A DNA stretch of 64,000 nucleotides from Squalus acanthias (lineage: Eukaryota). The stretch covers positions 18,540,001 through 18,604,000 of the forward strand of contig CM059432.1 of NCBI GenBank assembly GCA_030390025.1, read 5' to 3'. Under the pieces are notes generated by a model that made no database searches, was not told the origin of the DNA, and saw nothing but the letters and a program-made list of their open reading frames with translations. Shown here in pieces: positions 45,134-58,280 of this stretch; positions within the stretch are counted from its first letter, which is position 1, and each line of letters begins with the position of its first letter. Position numbers and translations under genes: made by a program.

Positions 45134-47205
45134 GAACATAAGAAACATAAGAATTAGGAGCAGGAGTAGGCCATACAGACCATTGAGCCTGCTCCACCAT
45201 TCAATAAGATCATGGTTGATCCTCAACCTCAACTTCACTCTCTCATCCGATCCCCATATCCCTTGATTCCTCTAGAGTCCAAAAATCTACCTCTCTCAGC
45301 CTTGAATATACTCAGCAACTAAGCACCCACAGCTCTCTGGGGTAGAGAATTCCAAAGTTTCACAACCTTCTGAGTGAAGAAATTTCTCCTCATCTCAGTC
45401 CTAAATGGCTGACCCCTTATCCTGAGACTATGACCCCTAGTTCTAGACTCTCCAGCCAGGGGAAACAACCTCTCAGCATCTACCCTGTCAATCCCCCTCA
45501 GAATCTTATATGTTTCAATAAGATCACCTCTCATTCTTCTAAACACCAGAGAGTATAGGCCCATTCTACACAATCTCTCGTCATAGGACAGCCTTCTCAT
45601 CCCAGGAATCAATCTAGTGAACCTTTGTTGGAATGTGGTGGAATAGCCATATTTCAGAGAAATACATCATCCTATAAACAGATTTGATAATATTAAAACA
45701 TTACAAACTGGGGTTAAAAATCTGAAAGCCTCGGCGACACAGGCCGTGAAACAGAAATACAGACTTATGAGATAAGACGGTTTGTTAATACAAAGCTGTG
45801 AACACAAGCTTTGAAATGGGAATTGGTTTGTAAATACAGAGACAAAGCCCCTATTGAAGCAAACCATTGGCACTTCCAGAATGTCTAGAGTTTGGGAGAA
45901 AAACAATGGAATGACCCAAGTAAAGTGTTATAATCTAACATGTCGAACCGTGCACAGAGCATTAAAAAAAACAAGTGCTTTTGAAAAAATGACATCAAGT
46001 AAAAGAAATACCTGTCGTAAAATAGTTTTATGTTAAACTTAGAAACAGGAAACATGATTAAATATGCAACCAATTGAGATAGCAAGAAAACAAGTAAACA
46101 CCCTAAGAGAAGTGTTTTCAATTTACAAGTTGTAAAATATACCTACAGAAAGGCTTTGAAAATATAACATCAATAGATGACACCAAGCAATTACATTGTG
46201 TTTGTATTGAAAATGGAATAGTTAGGAGACACGACGTCTAGCTTGCAAGTAGTTAAGTGATATTAGAAATTCAATAGAAAGACTTCCTAAGAATCACATC
46301 AAATAAATACTACTGTCATATTGTTTTTTATGATGGTTTTTGAAACACCTAAACAGGAGACAAGTCAAAAAGCTAACAGCTGAAATGACAATAAAGAATA
46401 GAACAAAGTCAGCAAATAATGACTTGAAACAATTAGCTTACATCATCAGGAAAACTTCAAAGGATAAACCACCAAAAAAAGATATAAAAATAAGAGCTTT
46501 TCAAATGGAAAGTCAGAAGTCGCTGGGAAGGCAAGCGTTTCTCAACTTCACAGACATGCTCTGTAAGTTTTTAACTTTGAGTCTCGGGAAATCACGGTAT
46601 TTGATTTTGGTGGATATTCTGGATTAAGAAATAAGTAGAAGTGTGGAAAAGTAATGAAGTTAAGATTTGAGAATAATATGATAAGAAATGTAAGCTATTT
46701 GTATTTTGAATGGTTAAAGTTGCGATTGCCATAACAGATGTTGACTAAATGTCGGTTCTTTAATAAATCTATATATTTTTAGAATTATCTCACAGAGTAT
46801 TTTTGTATCATCTTGCAAACTCAATTTCTGTACACTCTTCAGAAAGGAGTTGCAGAATTCTGGGGGGTATTCCAGACCCTCATAATATCCAGAAGGTTAC
46901 AGTTTAGTTAAACTTATTAAAAGTTCTATCCGGAGGACGGTAACATTTTCAGACCATTTCTTTCCTTTAGGGAGAGATAGTCTGACCTTTAGACCCAATT
47001 AAGCGTCTTATGGGATCCGGCTATCTCTAACTTTAGTTGAAGGTAAACATCTGGGGAATACGCCTGATCTGGGGTAGTCCGAAAGGGCTAGAACTTGTAA
47101 TTATCCCTTCAGGAACCCCTCTAAGGCAAGTATATCCTTCCTTAGGTACGGAGACCAAAACTGCACACACTACTCCAGGTGTGGTCTCAGCAAAGCCCTG
47201 TACAA
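45134..47205 (-). mobile_element. CR1 3' fragment (45134-45633 and 47116-47205) split by a solo LTR
   Basis: RRMRGDLIETYKI ORF; CR1 sequence resumes after 47111. Confidence 0.8.
45634..47111 (+). mobile_element. 1478-bp solo LTR, candidate foamy-like endogenous retrovirus
   Basis: TG...CA ends, TSD GGAA at 45630-45633 and 47112-47115, TATAAAA at 46483, donor GTAAGT at 46563, AATAAA at 46762. Confidence 0.75.
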
Positions 47206-48329
47206 ATTCTGTCGTTTTCACTGTGAGACAGATCCGTATGTCACTACTGGTGAGAAATCAATGCATGAGAGCAGTTAGTATGAGACCAATGTTCGAACCT
47301 GTGCGTTAGTATATTCGCAAGAATTGTTTCAGGGACAGAGATAGAGGAACTCTTTTTTTAAATGACTAATTGTATAGAATGACTAGAGGAGGGTGCATAG
47401 TTATACTTATGATGTTTATGAAGTAAATAAAAGTATTTTGGGATGTTTTATATACTAAGAAAATAAAGGAGGAATGTTATTTCTTTGCCACAGTCTCAAG
47501 GAGACCTGTTTTAGGCCTGAAAGATGGCAAAGAAGTGCTCAATTGATGCCAATTGTGCGTCTGGCAGTGAGTGAGTCCGCAGAATTAGTGGCGATCATCA
47601 ACCTTATCCCTTCTGAAAGCTGACGCAGCTGGTCTTCCTGTACATGGTCACACCAGCTCAGTGCTGACATTCCACATAATCTTTTCCGAGCCGAGATCCA
47701 TTCCATCAACTATGGAGAGTACTGACATTCAGCCACATGGAACATGCCCTGCTCATCATTAACTCCTGGCTGTAGCACTTTCCAGATTCATCACTTTCTT
47801 TTCATCTGCATCTATGTCCACTTTCTTTAGCCTTCCTTGTGTGTCTTTCCTTGACATGATCTCTCGGAGCCTGATAATTGAGATTCCACTTCTTCCCTTC
47901 AGCGCCCAGTTCCTAGGTTATCATGATGGCTTGTTAACATTGCTAATGTCTCCTGATCGGCATGCTAGGTCAGAAAGGTCACAGCTAACTCTACTGAATT
48001 GTTCACTAAAGGTCCTGCTGCAGCTGCCAGCTCACTGGCTCTTTATCAAATATTTCACCTGGAATGGTTACTTTCCAAGTGGTTCTGGCAAAGAGAATAA
48101 AAGTGAGATGAAAGGAATTAGGTGGGACTAAGGGGGTAACCCTCTCCTAACCCACCCCGGCGGGAAAATGACAGTATTGGATCGACCACCCATTTTACAC
48201 CCTGCCGGATTTTAGTTTCCCATGACTTCGGGCAGCCGATGCGATCCGATCAATGTCCCGCCGACCGGGTTAGGTTGAAATGACCCCTTAAGTAATGAGC
48301 CTGTAGGAGTGAGAAAGCTAATTGCTGCA

Positions 48330-48628
48330 GTATTCCATTTCCCACACTTCTGCTCTCACCCCTTCCTTTCCTTCCCAGAACCACGATAGGGTTCCTCCTG
48401 TCCTCACCTTCCACCCCACCAGCCTCCACATTTATCCTCTGCCATTTCCACCACCTCCAGCGTGATGCCACCACCAAATACCTCTTCCTCTCCCTCCCCC
48501 TTTCAGTATTCTGAAGGGACCGTTCCCTCTGCGACACCCTGGTCCTCTCCTCAATCACCCCCAACACCCGCTCCCCTTCCCACGGCACCTTCCCATGGAA
48601 GTGCAGGAGATGCAACACCTGCCCTTTG
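48330..48628 (+). mobile_element. Penelope ORF fragment, possibly family B
   Basis: DRVPPVLTFHP...RDRSLCDTLV...CRRCNTCP, homologous to the region before GIY-YIG in the 33885-36563 ORF. Confidence 0.7.
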
Positions 48629-48629
48629 C

Positions 48630-50243
48630 AGAGGGCACTAAATGTGGAAGTGTAGCAAACAGTGAGGAAGATGGTAATATACTTCAAGAGGAAATAGTGG
48701 CTGGTGGAATGGGCAGACACATAGCAGATGAAATTCAATGCAGAAAAGTGTGAGGTGATACACTTTGGTAGGAAGAATGAGGAGAGACAATACATACGAA
48801 ATGGTACAATTTTAAAGGGGGTGCAAGAACAGAGAGACCTGGGGGTGTTTGTGTACAAATGTTTGAAACTGGCAGGACAGATTAACAAAGCAGTTAATAA
48901 AGCATGTGGGATCCTGGGCTTTATAAATAGAGGCTTAGGGTGCGATCTTACCTTTCGGTGTGAGTTGGAAGCGGGTCAGCTAACTTGCAGGTTACGATCG
49001 TGCCCCCAACGATGCCCGACGCACAGACGTAATTTTACGTCAATTGGCCTTGTTAAGCCTGCCCTGCGGGCTTGCCGGCCAATTAAGAGAAAGTCGGTGT
49101 CAGATGACGTCAGTTGATGACGCGTCATCTGGCGGTTTTCTTAAAGGGGACACGCTCATTTTTTTTTGACAGATTGTTTTTCAGTGTTTGACAGCATTGA
49201 GGTGCTGCAAACACTGCCAATCACTGTACAAAGGTGAGCCCTTGCACCCAGGCTCTCCAGAGACTCTCTCCTTAGGATAAAACAGATGGCAGCTGCAGGT
49301 GAGGTTACAGAAGCGATCTGTCACTGGTGAGAGAGGTTCTCCCAATCAGGTGAGACTACACAAACACTTCAAACCTTATTACCTACAGAAAAGTCTAAAT
49401 ATGATTCTCACAACATTTTCTTACCTCTGAGACTCACCAGTATACCATTGGATCCTTCACACCACTTCTGCAGCTGTCATCAATGAAGAAACATTACAGC
49501 AGACTCACAGCACGCCACACTTACCCTGGCGTGGTGTCCGGACATCGGGAAGCCCGCAGTCGACCTGGCAAAATTGAAAAAAAGCCTCTTAACTGCCTGT
49601 TAACTACCTGTTAACAAGCAGTTAAGTGCCTATAATCCTCTTCCCGCCACTAGGTGTCGGGTCCATGCACAAAGCGGGGACCCGACACTTGGGAAGATTA
49701 TATGGAGGCGGGTTGGATGTGGGTTCAGGACCCGCTGTCAATCTTTGCAATTTTGCCAGCAGTCCCGCCTCCAAACCCGCCCCCTGAGCACCGGCAAAAT
49801 TCCCCCCATATAGTACAGAAGACAGGAAGTTATGCTAAACCTATATAAAACACGAGTTTGGCCCCAGCCGGAGTATTGTGTCCAATTCTGGGCACCACGG
49901 TCGTGAAGGCTTTGGAGAGGGTACAGAAGAGATTTACTAGAATGGTTCCCGGGATGAGGGATTACAGTTACGTGAATAGACTGGAGAAGCTGGGGTTGCT
50001 CTCCTTAAAGCAGAGAAGGCTAAGAGGAGATTTGATAGAGGTGTTTAAAATCATGAGGGGTTTAGATACAGTAAATAAAGACAAACTGTTTCCAATGGCT
50101 GAAGGGTCGATAACCAGAGGGCACAGATTTAAGGTGATTGGCAAAAGAACCTGAGGCGACGTGAGGAAAAAATGTTTTACGCAACGAGTGGTTAGGATTT
50201 GGGATGCACTGCCTGATAGGGTGGTGGAAACAGATTCAATAGT
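48630..50243 (+). mobile_element. CR1 fragment split by a Harbinger MITE at 48938-49807
   Basis: MKFNAEKCEVIHFG...GILGFINRG resumes at 49808; MITE ends GGGTGCGAT / AAAATTCCCCCC. Confidence 0.8.
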
Positions 50244-50855
50244 AGGTGTGGATCTGAGATCAGCTGCTTTCAAAGGGTTGCGCCACTACACATGTGAGCC
50301 CGCCCCGGTCTCATCACTAAAATGACCCTGTCGCTGGGATTTGGAGCTGGCTTAATGGCGAAAGTCCCGTCCCCACTGCACTCCCTTAGATGCAATGGTG
50401 CCCACAGAATTTCTATGGTGTTATTTTTTAATTCAACTATGAAAAAGCAGGGGAAGGAATTATTAGTTATTACTTTTAAATTATCTTTTAAAAATAGGCA
50501 TATTGATGGTGAATTTATTCCGTCATGTCTGAAGTAGAATAGAGTTTATTCCATTCTACAGTGTAATAGAAATCTGGAATTCTCTCCCCAAAAGGCTGCC
50601 ATGATGTTCGGACAATTGGAGCTTTCATGACTGAGAGGGATAGATTTTTGTTAGTTGAGGGTATCAAGTGAAATGGAGCAAAGGCGGGTATATGGAGTTG
50701 AGGTGCAGATTGAATGGTGGAGCAGGCTCGAGGGGCTGAATGCCCTATTCCTGTTCCGAATGTTCCTATGTTTAAAGCTACATTTTGATTTAAGGCGAAC
50801 AGAAAATGCTGGAAATACTCAGCAGGTCAGGCAGCATCTGTGGAGAGAGAAACAG

Positions 50856-50893
50856 GGTTAACGTTTCAGGTCGATGACCCTTTCGTCAGAACT
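50856..50893 (-). ncRNA. Minimal hammerhead motif (family B)
   Basis: AGUU-CUGACGA-AAGGGUC(AUC)GACCU-GAA-ACGU-U-AAC. Confidence 0.65.
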
Positions 50894-52217
50894 GGAAAAA
50901 GTTAAAGATGTAACAGATTTTAAGCAAGTGCAGGGGCAGGGAATGGGGGGAGGGGAGGAAAGAATAAAAGGGAAGGTCTGTGATAGGGTGGAAGGCAGGA
51001 GTGAATAAATGACAAAAGGCATGATAGTACAAAGCATGTTTCAGAGGGTGGGCCTGTAAGACATGCGGAATTACCCCTCGCCCCGTCCAACAGGTTATAG
51101 AGTTCGGACTTGAGACTTGTGAAAAATTAGACCAGACGCACGGGTTCTATCTTTAACCTTTTATTGTTCTGAAGACAGATTCAAAACCCCAACCACTATT
51201 CGAGCAGTTCACAAATAATATTACAGGAAATCATACATACAATCACCTGCCAATGATCGGTCCAGCGTTGATTGTAGGTCCTCGTAAGCGAAAAGACTGA
51301 CCAGGCCCCTCCTTCCTCTGATTGCAGCTTGATCCTCGTAGGCGAGATGACTGGCCAAGCCACCTTCTTCTGACTGCAGTGCCAATATTCTTTAGCCACT
51401 GTGCTTTATACAGCTTTCCTTGCCTTTGCAGTAAATCAGTCATTCAGAGACAGTGAAATGTTCCTTTAATGTTAGTCTGAGCTGTTTGAGCTGTCAAACG
51501 TTTACATTAACTCATCCTGTGTGGCTTGTCCTTATCACAGCCCAAAATTGTTCATTCACTCCTAAAGTTTACAAAAGTGGCAGAAAACCACTTGGTTCAG
51601 TTCATGAGTTACGTCGTACTCTGCATTTCAAAACTTCAAAGGTCTGACTTCTCCTCTTTAATCTCAGAAAAAGCTATCAGAGACACGGGGCTCGATTTTG
51701 CCAGGCCCGAGGAGGCGGGATTGGAGGCGTGTGAGGTGTTAAAATCACAAAAAATGGCGGGCGGGCCCAATCCCACCTCCATCCCGCCTCCGAGCAATTT
51801 TCCCAAATGCGAGTTTTCTGACCCCGTCTCCATCCCGCCTCCAAGAGGCGGGATAGGCCCTTAAGGCCCTTAACAACCAGTTAAGTGCCTCGATAATCCC
51901 ATTTTGAGAGGCCTTTCTGATTTTAACACTTTTCCCACGTGATTCACGTCTCCGCTGAAACACGCCAGTGAAACCTGGCGGCAGTACAAGTGGAATGCTT
52001 ACTAACAGCTGCAGCTCCACCATTAAAAAGGAGTTTTCAGCAATCATCATTTGCAGGTGGCAGAACTTTGTTGTCTCAGGTCTGGGGGAACTTTTAGCAG
52101 GCATACCCATTGTTGTGGAAGTTTGGAGCCTGACACCCATCTCCAGTGTGACCTCCTGGGAAACCCCTCTCCCCACCTTGAATGAGCGCTTCCTCAACTG
52201 AGGCATATACCAGAAGC

Positions 52218-52444
52218 ATGGGAACCATTTATTTCCTTTCCTCCTGGACATCAGATTCGGACGAAGACCAGCCGTGGCAGCAACAGATCTATGAACAACA
52301 GCACCACCAACAGCAGCAGCAACAACAGGAGCACCAAGCTGCTGCTCACCCACCTGAAGCTGCACAGGCCAGAAGGCGCCAGTGCGCGACCACATTGCTG
52401 CCCGGGATGCAAGGGACGCACTCCTCTTGGCCAGATTTGCTTAG
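52218..52444 (+). pseudogene. Putative internally deleted Harbinger transposase (N-terminus joined to C-terminus)
   Basis: MGTIYF...SDSDED...polyQ is followed, out of frame, by HIAARDARDALLLARFA*; no DDE core present. Confidence 0.55.
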
Positions 52445-52702
52445 CCTGCACAATCAAACACTTTTGCCTCGCACCTTCTTATCAGACCATCGGCAATGGC
52501 CAAGAACCTGCAGATTCCTATCACTCTGACCATCATACTGACAATTGCAAGTCATCCTAAGCCCTCAGTGTGGAAGTCCCATTAGCGATATGACAGATGC
52601 CACAACTGCAACAGTTGCCATCAGAATTTTTTATTTACAATAACCAACTGATGGCTTTTCACCATTAAACATGACATTTCACTCAAGTGACTACCCTTGT
52701 GA

Positions 52703-54712
52703 CTACTTGTTCATGATCTTCCTCTTACGCATGCGCCTACGTGGTGCTCCCCCTGTGGCTTCAGCAGATGTGGAGGCCCCTTGCTCACTTTCTTGGTGCT
52801 CCTGCCTCGACACCTTTGGCGGGTGTCCTCTGGGATTGCGAGCCTGTGAAGGCTCGGCAACAGTCTGCTGCTCCTGCGGCTGTGCAGGGGCTGAGACGCC
52901 GATCTCAGTTGGGTGGGGACTCTGGTGGGGCTCTGACCGAGGACTTTGCAGTGGCATGGTCATGTGAGCGCTTGGAGAGGAGCCCCCACTTCCTTGTTGT
53001 CTGCCACAACATCCCTCTCAGGGGTCAGCCCCACTTCAGAGCTAGCAAGTGGCTTGACAGCACCTTGCTGCATTTCAGGGGGGCCATGAGGACCCGTTTC
53101 TGTACTGGAAGTCCTACTCCCGAGGACTTGCCTGAAGGTCTGGTTTGTTTGCTCAATAGCTAACCATCGCTCCTCAAGAGATGTCAGTCTATTCTGAATA
53201 ATGACCATGTTTTCCATACCCTGGCGACTAAGCTCCTCGATGGACGTAGCCATCCTCTCCTCTACTGTAGCCATCCTCTCCTCTACGGTAGCCAGCCTTA
53301 CCATGGAGGTAGCCATCCTTTCCACGGAGGTTGCCGTCCTTTCCGTGGTGATGCGTTCATGCGCCAATGCCTCCACAAAGGCTCTGCTCATGTTAGCGAT
53401 GGACTCCTCCATTCGCTCCACACTCGCAGCGACCCTGGAGATAAAACCTGCCAGAGACTCCTGCACCTCTGCCTGGAGTTCCAGCACCGCTCTTCTTCTG
53501 GATGGACCTGGAGGCAGAGGGTCGACATGCAGCTGAGCCGAGCTGGCAGAGTCCTTCGCCCTCCGACTAGGACTCTCCACTGCTGTCCCTGTCTCCACCA
53601 TCTGCTGATGCTCACTTGTGAGCTGTGATACACCAGGTGACAACACTACACTATCTCGCGAAGGTACCACCGAGGTGTGAGTGTCTGCGCTGGTGCTGGG
53701 TGCGCTGAATTCTGCTGACGCTGCACCCTCAGAGGTTGCAGCTTCCTCTGAGGTGTCTGTTGGCTCAGGCTGTTCCTCCTGGATAGTGGGGACGGGGGCT
53801 TTCGATGGTCCTGTGGGGGAGTAAAGGAAAGAGTCAGAGGTGTGAGGCCAAGGTTACATGCACATTGAATATTGCAGATGATCAAAAGTCAATCTGTTAG
53901 AGCATCAGAATCATTATCAGTGACTCATGCAATGTCAATGAGAGAGATGATAAACTATTCTGTCACCAGCTTGCTCTGATACACCCGTCTGTCCATCCCC
54001 CACTTGCACATCATCCTCCACTCCCACGATCTCCAGGGTCGCCTCCTCCTAGGGGGTGAGCTGGGCTACTGAGGGTGGCCCTCCTCCTATCCTCGCTCTT
54101 TCCCTCTTATTGTGAGCTCTCTTTTCCTGCAATGAGGGAGACAAGTGGAGTTTGAGTGAGAATGAAGGAGTGAGTGTAGAGAATCCATAGCATAGATGCC
54201 TAGAAGGAGACAAAAAAGATTCAGTGAGGTGGCAAGACCAAGGGCCCTCCCTGTGTGTTATAAGTTGTTTTCATAGCATCACAGCGATAGGGAGTGTGAG
54301 GGCTGCATAGTCAAATAGTTAAGTGAATGTGAACATACAGAGAGAGGGAATGGGTAAGGGTGCAGGGATGTCAGTGTCAAGTGGGATGTGGAGGAAGAGG
54401 TTGTCAAAGCTGAGTGCTGGTGAGGAGAGGCAATGGGGATCAGATTGAGGGTGAAGGGAAAGTCATACTTACTCTTCCAGTGCGCAGAAGGTCATGAAAC
54501 CTCTTTCTGCACTGCAGCCAGGTTCTGCGGCACATAGATAAGGAGTTGACCTCCTGGGCCACTTGCATCCACACAGCCTTCGTCTGCTGGGGTGGCTTCT
54601 TCCTCCCTGAGGAAGGGAAGAGCACCTCCTTATTCCCTCTTGCTCCCTCCACCAGAGCTTGCAGGGCGGCGTCATCAAACCTCGGTGCAGACTTAGGTCT
54701 ACTGCTGGACAT
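52703..54712 (-). pseudogene. Three-exon Harbinger Myb/SANT (NAIF1/MSANTD-like) DNA-binding protein gene
   Basis: Exons 54712-54473, 54126-53967 and 53810-52703 with GT-AG introns in compatible phases. Motifs APRFDDAALQALV...W...RTWLQCRKRFHDL and KRAHNKRERARIGGGPP. Stop at 54049-54051 and a probable frameshift near 52960. Confidence 0.85.
53246..53350 (-). repeat. Five 21-bp tandem repeats encoding heptads
   Basis: GTAGCCATCCTCTCCTCTACN units translate to ERMATSV/ERMATVE-like repeats. Confidence 0.85.
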
Positions 54713-56198
54713 TTTGCCTGGAAGAAACTATCAGAGCAAAGGCCAAAAGGTTTGCAGTCTACAGAAGAAGCAAGGCTGCATGCAGGCCTTAAATCCAGCA
54801 GCATTGATGACATCATCGGAGGCGAGTTTCAGAATGGAAAGACTAATTGGGCCAGGGGTTCCCACACGCTGGAAATCAATTGCCCAATTAGGGGAAAATC
54901 GCATATTTTTCCCACAGCAAATGGGAGTCGGGTGGCTAACACGAAAAGCGGATGACACGCCCCCAGCCCGCCCCAATGACAAAATCGAGCCCACCATGTC
55001 TACAAATCTAAGGGGGTTTGTTTATCTCTGTTGACTATCACTACCCCCTGCAGGCACAACCATGTTTCCTGCCTTATCAGTGAAAGACTGCTTGTTACAT
55101 TCACCAATTTTATTTCACTTTGTAAAACCTTGTTGCCTGGCAAAGCATTTCAAGAAATATTAAAAATTAAGGGTCTGTATATACTTTCTTCAGGCCATAC
55201 AAAGTATGCTTCATCGACCTGAAACATTAACTCTGTCTGACCTGCTGAGTATTTCCAGCATTTACTGTGTTCATTTCAGATTTCCAGCATCCGCAGTATT
55301 TTGCTTCTGTTTTGATTTAAGGCATTGCATTCCATACATATTTTGAAAATAGTGCTTCAAGTTGTAAGCTGCCATCTGTATGCCTTGGGCATGATGCGTT
55401 ATGCACAAGACAGGCACAATGGTACCCAGTGCATCAATTGCTGAGGGATACTTTGGCCCCAGTTTGCAAAGGTTTTGCTGACCTACTTTAATGGAGTTTC
55501 TGCAGTTCGGTTACAATTTGTCATGTGCATTCTGGAGTTCAGGGACTGGCTCAAAAAATTGGAAACAAGTTACAGAAAAGTACATTTTAGCAGTTCAGCA
55601 AAAAAAAGCTTTTAGCAGCTTTTTCTACATGTGCCTCTTGCACTGTGGTTAACTGATTTTGTTAAGTCATTGATTTGCTCAGAAGCAGCACAAAACTGCA
55701 CAGCAGAGAGCCAAAGGACCAGAGAAAATAGAGTGCGAAGGCAGACAATTATCCTGCTCCGTAAGCTTGTAGTTCTATTGCTTAAGTGGCTACATGCTTG
55801 TGTTGCTAGTTAATTCAGCACATAATTAACATCTCGTAATTAATTTGCTCTGTTCCGCTTTTTAATTCCCTGCTGCACTATAGGTTTAAAAATACTCTGG
55901 CGTTCATTTTTGGTTTCCATGGCTACGACTTTATCAAAGCCTAACACACAGGCAGAGGAACAAGGAATGGATTTTTGGATTAAGGAAACAATGACAAGGA
56001 AATTGCTTTAGGAGTGGGTGGAATTTTACTTACAGTCCAGGATTAAATTGAGTAGAACCTTCTCCCCAATACTGTAAAAAAAATAAAATGATTTATTTAG
56101 CTAGGCTGCAATAAATGTCAATGTCAGCACCCATGAAGTGTATGGGATCACAAGGATTTACGAGTCCTACATGTGCAGTTTAGGGGATGGAAGAGAAT

Positions 56199-56900
56199 GG
56201 GCCAGAAATTCGGCTCTCCGGCTTCCCGCGGGTGCGAGAATCGCGCGCGTACTTACCTACCGCGCCTGCCGTTGTGCTTCGGGCCCACGAGGACTTCAGC
56301 TCCTGGGCCTCCTGCAGCTGCCGGCGCGCAGTGCTTGCGTATCCCAGGGGCGCAGTTAGTTCGAAGCGTCCCCTGGGATCACGTGGGCCATGGAGAGCCA
56401 ATCCTAGCAGGGAATCTCCATTCATAGATTTGACAGGAAGACCTGTCAAATCTATGAATAAAGATCGGCCCCAAAACCTCACTAAAACTTAAAATAAATT
56501 TAAAAAAAAATCATATTTTTAAAATAACTATAAATTACATAAATGAACTACTTTAAACAAAAATTTAAATTTTTGAAAAAATTAATTACACTTTTTAACG
56601 GTGCTAAAAATAAACTTACCTTTCTTTAAAGTATGTAAAAAAGATAAACCTGTTGAAAAAATGTTTAAATTGTACTTAATTCACCACTTACCTTGTTAAA
56701 ATCAGGCCTTGCGCCTCCTTTTTCCCCGCGCAGCTTCTCCGTACTTACCCTCACGGAGAAACCTGAAAAAAAAAACGAAATTCGAGGTCTACGCGCTGCC
56801 AGCAGCCCATGAGCCTGGTAGAAGGAAAAAAGCAAGTCGGCACCAAGGATGTAGACATATCTTGCCAGCGCAGTATTCCACCCCAAGTACCACCTCGCTC
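56199..56900. mobile_element. Harbinger-type MITE, right end not defined
   Basis: Starts GGGCCAGAAATTCG; internal palindrome ATTCATAGATTTGACAGG...CCTGTCAAATCTATGAAT. Confidence 0.5.
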
Positions 56901-56999
56901 CTTTCACCAAACCCTGGAAATACTTTCACACCCATCCCACGTTGCCAGCACTTAATGCCAGAGAGAGGATGGGAGCTATAACTAAGATCTGAAGTTTAA

Positions 57000-57130
57000 A
57001 AAAATCAGTATTAAGGCCCGAGGGCTGCAAAGTGGCCAATAGAAAATTAAGGCACTGTTCCTCAAGCTTGCATTGAGCTTCATTGGAAGAGTGTAGAAAG
57101 CCAAAGTCTCAGAGGTCAGAGTGGGATGGA
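57000..57130 (-). mobile_element. Penelope GIY-YIG C-terminal fragment
   Basis: EAQCKLEEQCLNFLLATLQPSGLNTDF on the minus strand. Confidence 0.65.
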
Positions 57131-57179
57131 GATAAATAATTGTAGTGGCTATGGTACTGGACTGGTAACCTATTGGTTA

Positions 57180-58280
57180 TAGGAACATCGGAACTTAGGA
57201 AGAGGAGTAGGCTATTCAGTCCCTCGAGCCTGCTCCGCCATTCAATGAGATCATGGCTGATCTGCGACCTAACTCCATATACCTGCCTTTGGCCCATATC
57301 CTTTAATACCTTTGGTTAATAGAAAGCTACTAACAATTGATCTAGCATCAGTTGCCATTTGCGGAAGAGAGTTCCAAACTTCTACCACCCTTTGTGTGTT
57401 GAAGTGTTTCCTAATTTGACTCCGTCAAAGGTCTGGCTCTAATTTTTAGACGATGCCCCCGAGTCCTAGAATCCCCAACCAGCGGAAATAGTTTCTCTCT
57501 ATCTACCCTATCTGTTCCCCTTAATATCCTGAAAACTTCGATCAGATCAACCCTTAACCTTCTAAATTCCAGGGAATACAACCCTAATTTGTGTAATCTC
57601 TCCTCGTAACTTAACCCTTGAAATCTGGGTATCATTCTGGTAAACCTACGCTGCACTCCCTCCAAGGCCAAAATATCCTTCCTAAGGTGTGGTGCCCAGA
57701 ACTGCTCACAGTACTCCAGGCGTGGTCTAACCAGGGGTTTGTACAGCTGCAGCATAACTTCTACCCCCTTGTATTCTAGTCCTCCAGATATAAAGGCCAG
57801 CATCCCATTAGCCTTTTTAATTATTTTCTGTACCTGTTCATGACATTTTAATGATCTTTGTACCTGGACCCCTAAGTCTCTTTGGACCTCCACTGTTTTT
57901 AGCCTTTCACCATTTAAAAAGTATCCTGTTCTATCCTTTTTAGGTCCAAAGTGGATGACCTCACATTTGCCTACATTGAAATCCATTTGCCACAGTTTTG
58001 CCCATTCACTTAATCTGTCGATATCGCTTTGTAATTTTATGCTTCCATCTACACTGCCTACAATTCCACCTATCTTTGTGCCATCAGCAAATTTGGATAT
58101 ATCATCGAAGTCGTTAATAAATACAGTGAATAGTTGAGGCCCCAACACAGATCCCTACGGGACACCACTAGTCACCTCCTGCCAATTTGAGTACCTACCC
58201 ATTATCCCTACTCTCTGTCTCCTGCCGCTCAGCCAATTTCCTAACCAGGTCAATAATTTGCCCTCAATTCCATGGGCTCA
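57180..58280 (-). mobile_element. CR1 LINE 3' fragment
   Basis: ORF 57411-58148 with LGPQLFTVFIND...KFADGTK...LVRPRLEYC. Confidence 0.9.

Larger units (their letters stand above)
51688..54992. mobile_element. 3.3-kb non-autonomous PIF/Harbinger transposon
   Basis: TIR GGGCTCGATTTTG, TSD ACG/ACC, a Myb/SANT gene and a convergent transposase remnant. Confidence 0.9.
51055..55192 (-). mobile_element. Solo LTR (same family as 33081-38482), split by a Harbinger element
   Basis: 4-bp TSD GGCC at 51051-51054 and 55193-55196; TG...CA ends. Confidence 0.85.
50797..55309. mobile_element. Penelope family B non-autonomous insertion with inverted ends, hosting a solo LTR
   Basis: Minus-strand end from 50797 and plus-strand end at 55211-55309; 14-bp TSD TTTTGATTTAAGGC at 50783-50796 and 55310-55323. 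Confidence 0.75.
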
